Positions 53,879-64,000 of a stretch of 64,000 nucleotides of DNA are shown here, one piece after another. Where the stretch lies: positions 35,784 through 99,783 of the forward strand of contig CBDBIJ010000110.1 in the NCBI GenBank assembly GCA_965205655.1, read 5' to 3'. The position numbers and the translations under genes were made by a program. The notes under the pieces are model-generated. The model was not told where the DNA came from. It searched no databases and saw only the letters and a program-made list of their open reading frames with translations. Within the stretch, counting starts at the first letter, position 1, and each line of letters starts with the position of its first letter. Source of the DNA: Candidatus Latescibacterota bacterium (GTDB lineage: Bacteria > Latescibacterota > UBA2968 > UBA8231).

Positions 53879-56676
53879 AGGTCCCGCGTAGCGCTCTCGG
53901 TTGCGGCGGAGTCCTCCTCCACATCGAAGACGCCGTCTTTAGAGCCCTCTCGTTTCTGAACGGCGTTCATCAGGACTTGCTCGTCCCTGGCGGCCGAGTC
54001 GGTGGCACCGTACTCGGCCTGATAATCCCGGATCAGCTGAAGCGCGTCGTCCAGTTTGCCGCCGGCCTGCAGCGTAGCGGCCAGCTCGCGATAGGCGTCA
54101 TAGCGCTCTGGCTCGCGAACGATGATGAGGCGATAGACGCGTTCGGCTCGATCGTACTCTCGATAGGTGCCCAAAAGGATGCTTCCCACCGCCAGCGCGT
54201 TTTCGTAGGTAGCCGAGGAGTGGTGTCCGTATGTGCTGAGCAACGCATCGCCGGCGCGTTCGAGAAACTCGGCGCCGATTGCGTGCGAGCCAGACTCCCG
54301 GTGGTGCTCGCTCGCGGAGTAGAAAATCTCCCAGCTGAGGGGGATGGTGTCGGATGCCCATCGAAAGAGGACGGCGAGATCGTCGGGGCGCTCTTCCGAC
54401 TTGTATGCCTCCGCGAGGCTGAGGACACAGGCGCGGTAGTTCCCCAGGAGGCGCGTCGTGTTCTCGTCCTTGTAGATCTCCGGGTCGTTGATACCGCGAA
54501 AACGGTACACCTCGAACATGTTTCGCTCCAGAGCCTCCGTCGCCGCGCCCGTCACCTTTTCGGGGACCAGCTTCATCGTCATCCCCTGCATGCTGAGGTA
54601 GGGATCCAGGTCGACGCGATTGTTGCCTGCCACGGTGATGGCGAAATGGATAGGGCGCTCCCAGGCGTTCCACCCCACGATGCCGATGACCATGACATCC
54701 TGCACCCGCAGCACGTCGTGTCCAGCGGACGCCGACACCTTTACGTCCAGTCCCAGCTCGGCAAACTCGAGCGGGGTTTTCGGGGTGGGCCAGGCCCTTT
54801 TGTAGAGGTCGACCATCTGGGTGTCGGTGAGGGTGGAATCGATGTAGGAATCAGGCAGCCTGATCTCTACTTTCGGCTCGCGATCGCGCAGCTGTTTGAT
54901 GTACCAGTTCGTGTTGAGCAGACTCAGGTTGACGACCCGAATGTCGCGCCGGATTCCCTCCACTTCCTGCAGGAACCAAAGTGGAAACGTGTCGTTGTCG
55001 CCGTTCGTGAACAGAAGGCTGTTCGGCTCACAGGTCTGCAACAGGTTGTAGGCGTAGTCGTAAGCGATATGGTCGCCGGTGCGGTCCTGGATGTGGTAGA
55101 GTTTGGCGCCGATTCCAACCGGCAGCGCGAGCCCGAGGCAGGCGACACCGATTGAGAGTGGCCGAGCCAGCGCCAGACTGGTGCGGGCGTATTCCACGAG
55201 ACCTACCCACCCCAACCCCATCCACAGGGCGAAAGCGTAGAACATGCCTCCGAACACATAGTGCCGCTCTCGCGGCTGCGGGTCTTGCATGTTCAGGTAG
55301 AAGGACAGGCCGAACCCCATAACGATGAGGAGCGCAGCAAGAGCGGCGAAGCGGCGCCAGTCCTTGACCGCGTGCCAGATGAGTCCTCCTAATCCAAGGG
55401 CGTAGGGGATGAGTGAAACGGAGATGATGTGGGGTACGCTCTCGGTTGCCCAGCGGAACCCCACCTCCCGCGACAGCAGAGGGAAGGGGAACTGCTGAAA
55501 GAAGTACTTCATCTGCTGGTCCCACAACTGATACACCCGCGAGGCGCGTGGCTCGAGCATCGACAGGAGCATGCTTTCCGACCCGTACTGCTCGCGATTG
55601 AGAAATTTGACGAAAGCCGCCCAGGTCTCCGGATCGTTTTCGTCAATCGCCGGATTCAGGCCGGAGCGGATGAAGAGCGCCGTGTAGGTCGAGTAGCCGA
55701 GGGCGAACAAGACTCCCGCTCCCACAAGGATGGCCAGAGCCCGCTGGTCGGACTGGTAAAGATGGTAGGTGAGCCAGGCTCCGGCGCCGACCACGGCTAT
55801 ATTGGTCAGTCCGTCGGCATCGAAGAGGGCTTCGGCGATGACGACGGCCGCACCGGCGCCCGTGAGCGCGATGACGGTGGGACGCAGGTCGTGATGGTTG
55901 ACCCAGACATGGGCGTAGAAGACGATGGCAGCGGCCGCTGCCAGTCCGCCGATCAGCTGGGCTGACTCGGGATGACTCGCGAAGAAGGTGACGAAGAACA
56001 GTCCTTCGAGGCCGATGCCCACGGCCACCAGTACGAGACGGCGCAACTTTTCGTCAGCGAACCAGACCAGGATAAGCAGGGCCGGGATGGTGAGCAGACA
56101 CAGCATGTGGATGCCGCCGCCCAGGCCGAACAGGTAGGCCAGCAAAAAGAGCCAGCGATCCTCGAGGGCGCCGTGCTGCGTACCGTCCCAATAAACGATG
56201 AGCCAGACGCCGAGGGCTGCGAAGAGGATGGAATAACCGTATACCTCAGCTTCAGTGGCGTTGAACCAGTAGGTGTAAGAAACGGCCAGAGACAGGGATG
56301 CGACGACAGCTCCTAGGATGACGCTCACGTCGCGGTGGTCGCCGAACGGTTCGAGCGCCCGCCCTCCCAGGGTCCGTCTCGCCAGCGATACCGTCGTCAG
56401 GTAGGTACACCAGATTGCTATGGCAGACGACAACACGGACATGAGCACGACGCGCCACGCCGGTTCACCGACGGGCAGTAGTGAAAAGAGTCTGCCCAAC
56501 AGGACGTAGAGTGGCGCCCCGGGCGGATGCGGCACGCCGAGGATATAGGAGGACGCGATGAATTCACCCGTGTCCCAGAAGGACACGCCGGGCGCCATCG
56601 TTTTGAGGTAGAGCAGGAAAGTGAAGATGAAAACGCCGATACCGACGTATCGATGCACCCTTACAATTGAAGCCAT
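53875..56676 (-). CDS. DUF2723 (TMEM260-like, GT-C-type) membrane glycosyltransferase with C-terminal TPR
   Basis: 'KTMAPGVSFWDTGEFIASSYILGVPHPPGAPLYVLLGRLF', at least 10 TM helices, a large periplasmic domain, TPR tail. Confidence 0.85.
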   Translation of the reverse strand: MASIVRVHRYVGIGVFIFTFLLYLKTMAPGVSFWDTGEFIASSYILGVPHPPGAPLYVLLGRLFSLLPVGEPAWRVVLMSVLSSAIAIWCTYLTTVSLARRTLGGRALEPFGDHRDVSVILGAVVASLSLAVSYTYWFNATEAEVYGYSILFAALGVWLIVYWDGTQHGALEDRWLFLLAYLFGLGGGIHMLCLLTIPALLILVWFADEKLRRLVLVAVGIGLEGLFFVTFFASHPESAQLIGGLAAAAAIVFYAHVWVNHHDLRPTVIALTGAGAAVVIAEALFDADGLTNIAVVGAGAWLTYHLYQSDQRALAILVGAGVLFALGYSTYTALFIRSGLNPAIDENDPETWAAFVKFLNREQYGSESMLLSMLEPRASRVYQLWDQQMKYFFQQFPFPLLSREVGFRWATESVPHIISVSLIPYALGLGGLIWHAVKDWRRFAALAALLIVMGFGLSFYLNMQDPQPRERHYVFGGMFYAFALWMGLGWVGLVEYARTSLALARPLSIGVACLGLALPVGIGAKLYHIQDRTGDHIAYDYAYNLLQTCEPNSLLFTNGDNDTFPLWFLQEVEGIRRDIRVVNLSLLNTNWYIKQLRDREPKVEIRLPDSYIDSTLTDTQMVDLYKRAWPTPKTPLEFAELGLDVKVSASAGHDVLRVQDVMVIGIVGWNAWERPIHFAITVAGNNRVDLDPYLSMQGMTMKLVPEKVTGAATEALERNMFEVYRFRGINDPEIYKDENTTRLLGNYRACVLSLAEAYKSEERPDDLAVLFRWASDTIPLSWEIFYSASEHHRESGSHAIGAEFLERAGDALLSTYGHHSSATYENALAVGSILLGTYREYDRAERVYRLIIVREPERYDAYRELAATLQAGGKLDDALQLIRDYQAEYGATDSAARDEQVLMNAVQKREGSKDGVFDVEEDSAATESATRDL

Positions 56677-56712
56677 AGATCTCCCAATATACCAATGCGG
56701 GAGTTTTTGCGG

Positions 56713-57369
56713 CTACTCATGCACGAGGTCTACAGAACCCCAGGTGCTCGGATCGTGTGCCAGATGGGGGTCGCGGCTCACCGACCACGACTGCGTACCG
56801 CAGTCGATGTCCCGGAGAACGTAGTTGAAGCCGAGTCGCTCGAACTCCCGCGGCTGAAATCCGTTCATCCCCTCCGCTGGAAGGGCGACTTCCATGCGAT
56901 AGCTGCGCGTCAGGCGACGCAGGCCGACTCGAATCGACTCCTCCGGGCAGGGCGGCGCTTGCTCCCGTGCCTTGTCGATGGAGGTCTGTCTACCGATTGG
57001 ACTCTTGCCGTCGCGGCCGCTACCGCCCGGCGTGAAGAAAAAGTGGTGACAAAATCTATTGGCCCGGTGGCTGTCTTTGACATCCCGCGTATCGATCCAC
57101 AATTCGAGGCAGTCACCATGCCAGTAGTTCTTCGGATCGATCTTGTAGTTCTTCTTCCGAGGCACTTCGACGGCGAAGTAGAGGCCGTCGTCGTTCCACC
57201 CCATGTAGACGTCGGCGAAGCTCGCCTGACCTTCAACTCCCATGAGATCGGGAATGCGGAAGGAGTCGTCCCAGTCGCGCAGATTGCCATCGACAACAGG
57301 GGCGGCTTCCCGGTATCGACAACGGAACGAGAAACTGAAAAAGGCGCGCTGCGGAACGCTGAGGTTCAC
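56713..57369 (-). CDS. CBM9-like carbohydrate-binding-domain protein (no signal peptide seen)
   Basis: 'PVVDGNLRDWDD...FADVYMGWNDDGLYFAVEV...GDCLELWIDTRD'. Confidence 0.6.
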   Translation of the reverse strand: MNLSVPQRAFFSFSFRCRYREAAPVVDGNLRDWDDSFRIPDLMGVEGQASFADVYMGWNDDGLYFAVEVPRKKNYKIDPKNYWHGDCLELWIDTRDVKDSHRANRFCHHFFFTPGGSGRDGKSPIGRQTSIDKAREQAPPCPEESIRVGLRRLTRSYRMEVALPAEGMNGFQPREFERLGFNYVLRDIDCGTQSWSVSRDPHLAHDPSTWGSVDLVHE

Positions 57370-57373
57370 GTCT

Positions 57374-60300
57374 TCACTTCACCTCCACCTTCGAATCCGC
57401 GGCGAGCGCAGCTTTGAGGATTCGTCCGGTATGGGACTGTTTGCGGCGCGCCACCTGCTCAGGCGTTCCGCATGCGACGACGGACCCGCCATCGTCACCA
57501 CCCTCGGGACCGAGATCGATAACGTGGTCGCACGACTTGATGACGTCGGGGTTGTGCTCCACTACGACGGCGGTATTTCCCGCGTCCACGAGGCGCTCGA
57601 TAACCTCGAGCAATCGTTGAATGTCGGCGAAGTGCAGGCCCGTCGTTGGCTCGTCCATGATGTAAACGGTGTTACCGGTACCCGGTCTGGCCAGCTCAGC
57701 GGCCAGTTTGAGCCGCTGTGCCTCGCCACCCGACAGCGTGGTAGACGACTGGCCGAGGCTGATGTATCCCAGGCCGACATCTTCCATGACCTGCAGGCGC
57801 TGGCAGACGGCGTGGACGTTGGCGAAGAGCTCGATGTTTCGACTCACTGTCATTTCGAGGACGTCGGCGATGGAGCGTCCCTTGAAGCTGATCTGCAGCA
57901 TATCGTTCGTGTAGCGCTGTCCCTGACAGGCATCGCAGCGGACCCACACATTGGGCAGGAAGTGCATTTCGATACACCTGAAGCCCAGTCCCTCGCAGGA
58001 CTCGCAGCGGCCGCCGGCGCGGTTGAAGCTGAAACGCCCGGCGTTAAAGCCGCGCATCCTGGCCTCGGGTAGGCGAGCGAAAAGCTGGCGAATCAGGTCG
58101 AAGAGCCCCATGACCGTGGCGGGGGTGCTGCGCGGCGAGTGGCCGATCGGTGATTGATCGATGTTGATGACCTTGTCGACGTGCTCGATTCCGCGAATCT
58201 CGTCGCAGTCTCCGACGGAACGGGAGGAGTTGGGCGAGAGGCAGGCCGCGAGTCCGGCGTGAAGGATTTCCTCCACCAGCGAGCTCTTGCCCGAGCCGGA
58301 CACACCGGTGACACAGACGATCATGCCGAGGGGAATCTGCACGTCCACGTTCTTGAGATTGTTCTGCCGGGCGCCGATGATAGTCAGGTGCTGTTCGTTG
58401 CCTTTCCGGCGACGACCAGGCACCGGGATAGTCAGCTTCCCGCGGAGATAGGCGACGGTCTTCGAATGGTGATTTCCCGCTTTCCGAGATTGCCTCAGCT
58501 TGCCGGGTGGGCCGCTGGCGACGACTCTGCCTCCCTCAGTGCCGGCGCCTGGTCCAAGATCGACCACATGGTCCGCCGCTTCGAGGGTGTCGCGGTCGTG
58601 CTCGACGACGACGACGGTGTTTCCGAGATCCCTCAACTGCTCCAACGCCCGCAGGAGCCTGGCGGTGTCTCGCGCATGGAGACCGATTGTGGGCTCGTCC
58701 AGGAGATAGAGTACCCCGGTCAGGCCCGAACCGATCTGACCGGCCAGACGAATGCGCTGCGCTTCGCCCCCCGAGAGAGTGCCGGCTCGCCGTTCGAGCG
58801 AGATATACCCCAGCCCGACGCGATCGAGAAAACGCAGTCGCGTGCGGATCTCCTGCAGCAACTCGCCCGATACTTCGGCTTCGCGATCGTCGAGTTCGAG
58901 CGACTCGAAGAACTCGAGACTCTCATCGATCGGCCAGCGGAGGATGTCGACGATGGTTGCATCACGCAGCTGCACGGCCCGACTCTCCGGCTTGATGCGG
59001 CTGCCTTCACAGGCCGAGCACGGCACCTGGCGCAAGAGGCCCTTGTAGCGCGGCGCGCTGCGGGCGATTCCGTCCACCGTCGGCAGTAGGCCTCGATATC
59101 TGAAGCCGATGCCGTTGTCGAGCGACAGCGTGCGGTCGCCGGCTCCGTAAAGGAGATGACGTCGCCCTTCGGCCGAAAGTTCGGCGACTGGTGCGTCCAG
59201 GTCGAAGCCCAGTGCCTGCCCCGCCACCTCGATTGAACGGGCAAAGTCGCTGTCGTCGAGCGGTCCCCATAGCGCCACCGCTCCCTCTCGAATTGAGATG
59301 CGGAGGTCGGGGATGAGAGCATCCCGATCCAGCCCTTCGCCCGTCCCCAGGCCATCGCACACCGGACACATGCCCTGGTGATGATTGAAGGAGAAGCTCT
59401 GGGGCGTGAGTGGATCGAAACTGCGGGCGCATTCGGGGCAGGAGAAACGGCGGCTCAAGCGCTCCTCGCCATCTTCTCCCTCTGGGAGGGTGTCACCTGG
59501 AGCGCTGAGGATGACGAGCTCGCCTCCAGAGAGCTCCAGGGCCCGCTCCACACCCTCGGTCAGGCGAGATCTGTCCCTGGCGCGTACCGCGAGTCGATCG
59601 ACGATGAGCTCGACATGGTGGCGGTGTCTGCGTTCGAGCTCGATGCGCTTCTGCAGCTCGTGAATCTCGCCGTCGATGCGGACACGGGCGAAACCGTCAC
59701 GCTTGGCGCGGGCGAGCAGTGTTTCGTAGCCCCCGTTGCGCCCCGGTTCGAGGGGTGCGAGCAGGTATATGCGGCTGCCCTCGGGCATGCGGAGAATGCG
59801 ATTGACCATCTGTTCGGCTGTCTGCGAACCGACTGCTACGGAGCAGCGCGGGCAGTATTGCGCGCCGATTGTGGCGTAGAGAGCACGGACATAGTCGTAC
59901 ACCTCTGTGACGGTGCCCACCGTTGAACGAGGGTTTCTGCTCGGGGCCTTCTGCTCGATCGCGATGGCCGGCGATAGACCTGTGATGCGCTCCACTTTTG
60001 GCTTTTGCATCTGATCGAGAAACTGGCGCGCGTAGGCGGACAGCGACTCCACGTAGCGACGCTGCCCTTCGGCATAGATGGTATCGAAGGCGAGGGACGA
60101 CTTGCCTGAGCCACTCACTCCCGAGACAACCGTCATCTTGTCCCGCGGGATGCTGACGTCAACATTGCGCAGATTGTGCATGCTGGCGCCGACGACCTCT
60201 ATGTTGCGAATCCAGCTGTCGCCGCTGCGACTACCGCGGCGGCGACCATTCGTCCGCTTTCTGGAGGATGCGTTGCGCCGTCGCCTCGACTGTCCGAGAA

Positions 60301-61312
60301 CGTCCTTCAGGATCATCCCGGTGTGCGATTCCTTCACCTGCGCGACCTGCTCCGGCGATCCCGCGGCCACGATGCGCCCACCGATCTCCCCTCCCTCCGG
60401 ACCCATATCGATGATGTAGTCGGCTGTCTTGATGACCTCCATGTTGTGCTCGATGACGACGACCGTATTCCCCTGCTCCGCGAAGGTGTGGAGGATGCGC
60501 AGCAGCTTGTCGATGTCGGCGAAGTGGAGGCCGGTGGTGGGCTCGTCGAGAATGTAGAGCGTGCGACCGGTGCTCCTGCGACACAGCTCCTTGGCGAGCT
60601 TGACGCGTTGCGCCTCGCCCCCGGAGAGGGTCGGAGCGGGCTGGCCCAGTTTGATGTAGCCGAGGCCCACGTCGTGCAGCGTCTGCAGGATGCGCTTGAT
60701 GTGAGGGATGTTGGCGAACAAGTCGACCGCCACCTCCACCTCCATGTCGAGGACATCGGCGACGGAGTAGCCCTTGTATCTTATTGTCAGAGTCTCGCGG
60801 TTGAAGCGACGGCCCTCGCACGCCTCGCAGGTTACCCACACGTCCGAGAGGAACTCCATCTCTACCAGGTTGGCTCCGTTGCCGTCGCATGCCTCGCAGC
60901 GACCGCCGCGCACGTTGAAGCTGAAGCGACCCTGTTTGTAGCCGCGGACTTTCGAGTCGGGCAGTTGAGCGAAGAGCTGTCGGATGGGTGTGAGGGCGTC
61001 CGTGTATGTCGCCGGGTTCGATCGCGGCGTGCGCCCGATCGGCCTCTGGTCGATGCGGATCACCTTGTCGAGGTGCTCCACCCCTTTGATGGCATCGTGG
61101 TGTCCGGGCTCGGTCTGGGCCCGGTGAAGGGTGTTGTCCAGGGACTTGAAGACGATGTCGTTGACGAGCGAGCTCTTGCCGGAGCCCGAAACGCCGGTCA
61201 CACAGGTAAACAGACCGAGGGGGAACTTCACCTCGATATCGTCGAGGTTGTTGTGACTCGCGCCGACGACGGTGAGCCATTTATCATTCGGATTGCGACG
61301 TTGTGCCGGCAC
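57374..61312 (-). CDS. uvrA: UvrA-UvrA tandem fusion, segment 3 (C-terminal ABC half of module 1 + Arg-rich linker + complete module 2)
   Basis: 1312 aa. '..[16 protein letters not shown]...[15 protein letters not shown]...' then '[62 protein letters not shown]' restarts a full UvrA. Confidence 0.85.
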   Translation of the reverse strand: MPAQRRNPNDKWLTVVGASHNNLDDIEVKFPLGLFTCVTGVSGSGKSSLVNDIVFKSLDNTLHRAQTEPGHHDAIKGVEHLDKVIRIDQRPIGRTPRSNPATYTDALTPIRQLFAQLPDSKVRGYKQGRFSFNVRGGRCEACDGNGANLVEMEFLSDVWVTCEACEGRRFNRETLTIRYKGYSVADVLDMEVEVAVDLFANIPHIKRILQTLHDVGLGYIKLGQPAPTLSGGEAQRVKLAKELCRRSTGRTLYILDEPTTGLHFADIDKLLRILHTFAEQGNTVVVIEHNMEVIKTADYIIDMGPEGGEIGGRIVAAGSPEQVAQVKESHTGMILKDVLGQSRRRRNASSRKRTNGRRRGSRSGDSWIRNIEVVGASMHNLRNVDVSIPRDKMTVVSGVSGSGKSSLAFDTIYAEGQRRYVESLSAYARQFLDQMQKPKVERITGLSPAIAIEQKAPSRNPRSTVGTVTEVYDYVRALYATIGAQYCPRCSVAVGSQTAEQMVNRILRMPEGSRIYLLAPLEPGRNGGYETLLARAKRDGFARVRIDGEIHELQKRIELERRHRHHVELIVDRLAVRARDRSRLTEGVERALELSGGELVILSAPGDTLPEGEDGEERLSRRFSCPECARSFDPLTPQSFSFNHHQGMCPVCDGLGTGEGLDRDALIPDLRISIREGAVALWGPLDDSDFARSIEVAGQALGFDLDAPVAELSAEGRRHLLYGAGDRTLSLDNGIGFRYRGLLPTVDGIARSAPRYKGLLRQVPCSACEGSRIKPESRAVQLRDATIVDILRWPIDESLEFFESLELDDREAEVSGELLQEIRTRLRFLDRVGLGYISLERRAGTLSGGEAQRIRLAGQIGSGLTGVLYLLDEPTIGLHARDTARLLRALEQLRDLGNTVVVVEHDRDTLEAADHVVDLGPGAGTEGGRVVASGPPGKLRQSRKAGNHHSKTVAYLRGKLTIPVPGRRRKGNEQHLTIIGARQNNLKNVDVQIPLGMIVCVTGVSGSGKSSLVEEILHAGLAACLSPNSSRSVGDCDEIRGIEHVDKVINIDQSPIGHSPRSTPATVMGLFDLIRQLFARLPEARMRGFNAGRFSFNRAGGRCESCEGLGFRCIEMHFLPNVWVRCDACQGQRYTNDMLQISFKGRSIADVLEMTVSRNIELFANVHAVCQRLQVMEDVGLGYISLGQSSTTLSGGEAQRLKLAAELARPGTGNTVYIMDEPTTGLHFADIQRLLEVIERLVDAGNTAVVVEHNPDVIKSCDHVIDLGPEGGDDGGSVVACGTPEQVARRKQSHTGRILKAALAADSKVEVK

Positions 61313-62403
61313 CGGATCTGCTCGGCTCCGGAGAGATAGCCTGCCGTGACCGACTCGGCGCAGGCGGTGACCGCCTCGGGAGTACCGCTGACGACGAGCT
61401 CGCCGCCTCGCTCGCCGGCACCGGGACCGAAATCGACGAGCAGATCGGACTGGCGCATGGTGTCCTCGTCGTGCTCGACGATGACGACGGTATTGCCGAC
61501 GTCACGCAGTCGCTGCAGTGTGTCGAGGAGGCGGCGGTTGTCCCGATGGTGGAGACCGATGGAGGGCTCGTCCAGGATATACAACACCCCCACGAGGCCG
61601 GAACCGATCTGGCTCGCCAATCGAATGCGCTGCGACTCGCCGCCGGAGAGCGTGTGAGCGCCCCGGTCTAGGGTCAGGTAGCCCAGACCGATATCCACGA
61701 GGAGATCGAGGCGTCCGCGTATCTCCTTGAGGGCGTCTTCGGCGATGATGGCCTTCGTATCGTTCAATTGCAGACACTGGAAGAAATCGCGCGTCTGGTC
61801 GATTGGCAGGGCGGCGAGCTCCGGGAGGTTGTGTCCCCCGATGAGCACGGACATGGCCTCCGGGCGAAGGCGCCCACCCTGGCAGGTATGACAGATCTCA
61901 GAGCTTGCGTACGCGCTCAGCTCCCGGCGGGCGCGGGGATTGTCGCTGTGAAAGCGCTCCTCCACCCATGCAAGGGCGCCGTCGTATCGATCCTTGTGCG
62001 ACCAGGTGCCGTTCTGTCCCTTGTAGAAGAACTCGAGCTTTTCATCGCCGAGGCCGTGAAGGAACCCGTTCTTCTGGGCGCGGCTGAGGCGGCGCCACGG
62101 AGTTTCGAGGTCGAATCCCAGGTGTTTGGCGGCACCTTCGTAGAGGTGCATGCGCCAGCGATTGCTCGTGATGTCGCCCAGCGATTCCACGGCGCCGTCG
62201 AGGATCGACTTGCCCGGGTCGGGAATCATCAGCCGTTCGCTCATGACGACCTTCGAGCCGAGGCCGCCGCACCCTGAGCACATTCCCTGCGGGTTGTTGA
62301 AGGAGAACATCTGCGGCGTCGGCTCCTGATAGGAGATACCGCAGTTGGGACAGTCGAAGTTGGCGCTCAGAAGCCGATCCTCGCCGCCCTCCATTGACAC
62401 CAC
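61228..62403 (-). CDS. uvrA: UvrA-UvrA tandem fusion, segment 2 (middle of module 1)
   Basis: '[39 protein letters not shown]', '[34 protein letters not shown]'. Confidence 0.85.
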   Translation of the reverse strand: MVSMEGGEDRLLSANFDCPNCGISYQEPTPQMFSFNNPQGMCSGCGGLGSKVVMSERLMIPDPGKSILDGAVESLGDITSNRWRMHLYEGAAKHLGFDLETPWRRLSRAQKNGFLHGLGDEKLEFFYKGQNGTWSHKDRYDGALAWVEERFHSDNPRARRELSAYASSEICHTCQGGRLRPEAMSVLIGGHNLPELAALPIDQTRDFFQCLQLNDTKAIIAEDALKEIRGRLDLLVDIGLGYLTLDRGAHTLSGGESQRIRLASQIGSGLVGVLYILDEPSIGLHHRDNRRLLDTLQRLRDVGNTVVIVEHDEDTMRQSDLLVDFGPGAGERGGELVVSGTPEAVTACAESVTAGYLSGAEQIRCRHNVAIRMINGSPSSARVTTTSTISR

Positions 62404-63106
62404 GAGCGTGCCGTCGCCGATGCGCAGGGGCGCCGTCCACGGCTTCGCCGAGCCGGCTGCCGATGTCGCCGCTCACGACGAGGCGGTCTATGACCAGATC
62501 GATGTTGTGGCGGCTGTAGCGATCGAATTCGGGCGCCTCTTCGATGTTGACGATCTGGCCATCCACCCGCACTCGCAGGTAGCCGTCCTTCTGAAGCTGC
62601 TCGAACAGCTCGTGATACTCCCCCTTGCGCTCCTGCACGAGGGGTGCCAGCACGTGAATGCGGCTGCCCTCGGGCAGCGACGCGATGCGACCGGCGATCT
62701 CGTCGCGAGTCTGGGCTCCGATCTGGGAGCCGCACTCCACGCAATGGGGCGTGCCGCAGCGAGCGAACAGGACGCGGAGATAGTCGTGCACCTCCGTGAT
62801 CGTCCCCACGGTGGAGCGGGGGTTTGCGCCACCCGATTTCTGCGAGATGGAGATCGTCGGGGCCAGACCGGTGATTTGATCGACGTCCGGCTTTTCCATC
62901 TGCCCCAGAAACTGGCGCGCGTAGGCCGACAGGGAGGCGACATATCGCCGCTGGCCCTCGGCATAGAGCGTGTCGAAGGCCATAGAAGACTTGCCCGACC
63001 CGCTCACCCCCGTGAAGCAGATGAGCCGGTTTTTGGGCAGCTCGATATCCACGTTCTTGAGGTTGTGGACGCGTGCGCCCCTGACGAGGATGTTGCCGGT
63101 TTCCAT
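62042..63106 (-). CDS. uvrA: UvrA-UvrA tandem fusion, segment 1 (N-terminus of module 1; authentic frame ~62428-63106)
   Basis: '[62 protein letters not shown]'. Out-of-frame text follows 'GEAVDGA'. Confidence 0.85.
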   Translation of the reverse strand: METGNILVRGARVHNLKNVDIELPKNRLICFTGVSGSGKSSMAFDTLYAEGQRRYVASLSAYARQFLGQMEKPDVDQITGLAPTISISQKSGGANPRSTVGTITEVHDYLRVLFARCGTPHCVECGSQIGAQTRDEIAGRIASLPEGSRIHVLAPLVQERKGEYHELFEQLQKDGYLRVRVDGQIVNIEEAPEFDRYSRHNIDLVIDRLVVSGDIGSRLGEAVDGAPAHRRRHARGVNGGRRGSASERQLRLSQLRYLLSGADAADVLLQQPAGNVLRVRRPRLEGRHERTADDSRPGQVDPRRRRGIAGRHHEQSLAHAPLRRCRQTPGIRPRNSVAPPQPRPEERVPSRPRR

Positions 63107-63115
63107 TTAAGAATC

Positions 63116-63155
63116 GAGGGAGAGAGGGCGGCGACGAGGGAGAGAGGGCGGCGAC
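63116..63155. repeat. perfect 2 x 20-nt tandem duplication GAGGGAGAGAGGGCGGCGAC
   Basis: Read directly. It lies 10-50 nt upstream of the uvrA-fusion ATG (63106), in the divergent intergenic region. Confidence 0.85.
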
Positions 63156-63297
63156 TTGGGGTCGCGGGGAAAGCCGAATTTTTGAATGTATTGCGCCGTG
63201 AAGACCGGAGCAAGACTGAAACTCGCGCGATTGACCGGCGCGGCGGCCCCCGCTACTATGGCTGCGGCCGGAGCAGCCAGAGGATAAACGAGCTGAG

Positions 63298-64000
63298 ATG
63301 ATCAATCTGGGCGTCAATACGGTGCTGTTCGCCGGGTTCGACCTCGAGATCGCGATGGAACAGATCGCCTGGGCGGGCTACGACGGCGTAGAGCTGTCTG
63401 CCATCCAGGGGATGTGTGAACATCTCGATCTGGATGAGCACGACAGCCAGATCGCCGACATCAAGGGCCTGGCGGAGCGCTTCGAGTTGGAGCTTCTGGC
63501 CATGGAGGTGGCGTCGCTGGATGAAGCGCGACTGGCGAAGGCCTTCGAGGCAGCCTCGAAGCTCGCCATCCCGATCGTCAATGTTTGCCCGGGTGGAACG
63601 AGCGGCGATGAGCGGGAGTTCGAACGTCAGATGGAGGTGTTGCAGGCGATGGCCGAGCGAGCCGAGTCCTATGGCGTCACCCCTGTGCGCCAAGGCACAT
63701 GTGGGCCAGTGCATTCACGACACGCCGACGACCCTCGCGGCGATGGAGCGAATCGCCTCGAAGGGGTTCGGCGTGGACATGGACCCGAGTCATATCTACC
63801 GCGCCAGCGGCGGAGAGGACCCGGCTGAGGCGCTGCAAGCGGTCATTTCGCGGGTGTGCGGCACGTCCATATTTCGCGACTGCCGCGAGGATCTTCGCGC
63901 CACTGGGGGCGGGCCTGGCGCCCCCGAAGACCAAACCTGTGGCCGCGGCGGCATCGACCTGAAAGCCTACGTGAGGGTGTTGAATGAATCGGGACTCGAC
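63298..64000 (+). CDS. sugar phosphate isomerase/epimerase (xylose-isomerase-like TIM barrel), frame change at C4 run 63680-63683, 3' end beyond window
   Basis: 'MINLGVNTVLFAG..LEIAMEQIAWAGYDGVELS'. After 63683 the family-like text 'LCAKAHVGQCIHDTPTTLAAMERI..GFGVDMDPSHIYRAS..GRGGIDL' continues in frame +1 to the window end. Confidence 0.75.

Noticed and set aside
63116-63155. Possible CRISPR array (tandem repeats at 63116-63155 and 29879-29910).
   Set aside because: There are only two directly adjacent copies with no spacers, the repeat lengths are 16-20 nt, and no cas genes are in the window.

Overview
GC-rich bacterial chromosomal segment with Gram-negative-type envelope genes and a type-A RNase P RNA. 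It probably comes from an uncultivated FCB/Gemmatimonadota-like lineage, but that is inference only.

Housekeeping content: thrC, nadD, bamD, cpoB, pyrF, rnpB, recQ, dnaG, rho, rpmE, prfA-prmC, recA, hsp20, rlmH, a PBP5-like carboxypeptidase and eight tRNAs.

Mobile elements: an IS3-family element cut by the left edge, and an IS5/IS1182-like element abutting a split ISAzo13-like element at 9.3-12.7 kb.

Four regions stand out:
(i) A ~12 kb minus-strand operon (24789->12753). It is led by a NusG/RfaH/UpxY-like paralog. It encodes a ~2250-aa FG-GAP/Ig-repeat protein with a FlgD-Ig/T9SS-type C-terminal domain, a translationally coupled CRTAC1-like protein, and an unusual beta-barrel + transglutaminase-like + TPR fusion protein.
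(ii) Three tandem secreted paralogs (36.5-40.4 kb) inserted between dnaG and rho. They share a C-terminal duplicated EF-hand/dockerin-like module.
(iii) A head-to-tail UvrA-UvrA fusion gene (57.4-63.1 kb).
(iv) A translationally coupled DUF2723(TMEM260-like)-GT2-UPF0104-DUF1343 envelope glycosylation-type cluster (50.7-56.7 kb).

Regulatory candidates: a near-consensus sigma54 promoter in front of hsp20, two CRP-like sites upstream of a small secreted-protein gene next to a CHASE2 adenylate cyclase, and an inverted repeat bracketing the recA promoter.

Caveat: at least six genes carry single-nucleotide frame changes, four of them read directly at short homopolymer or dinucleotide runs. This looks more like consensus error than pseudogenisation.

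All calls rest on reading the ORF translations and the DNA by eye. No searches were run. RNA and regulatory-site coordinates are +/- 2 nt.
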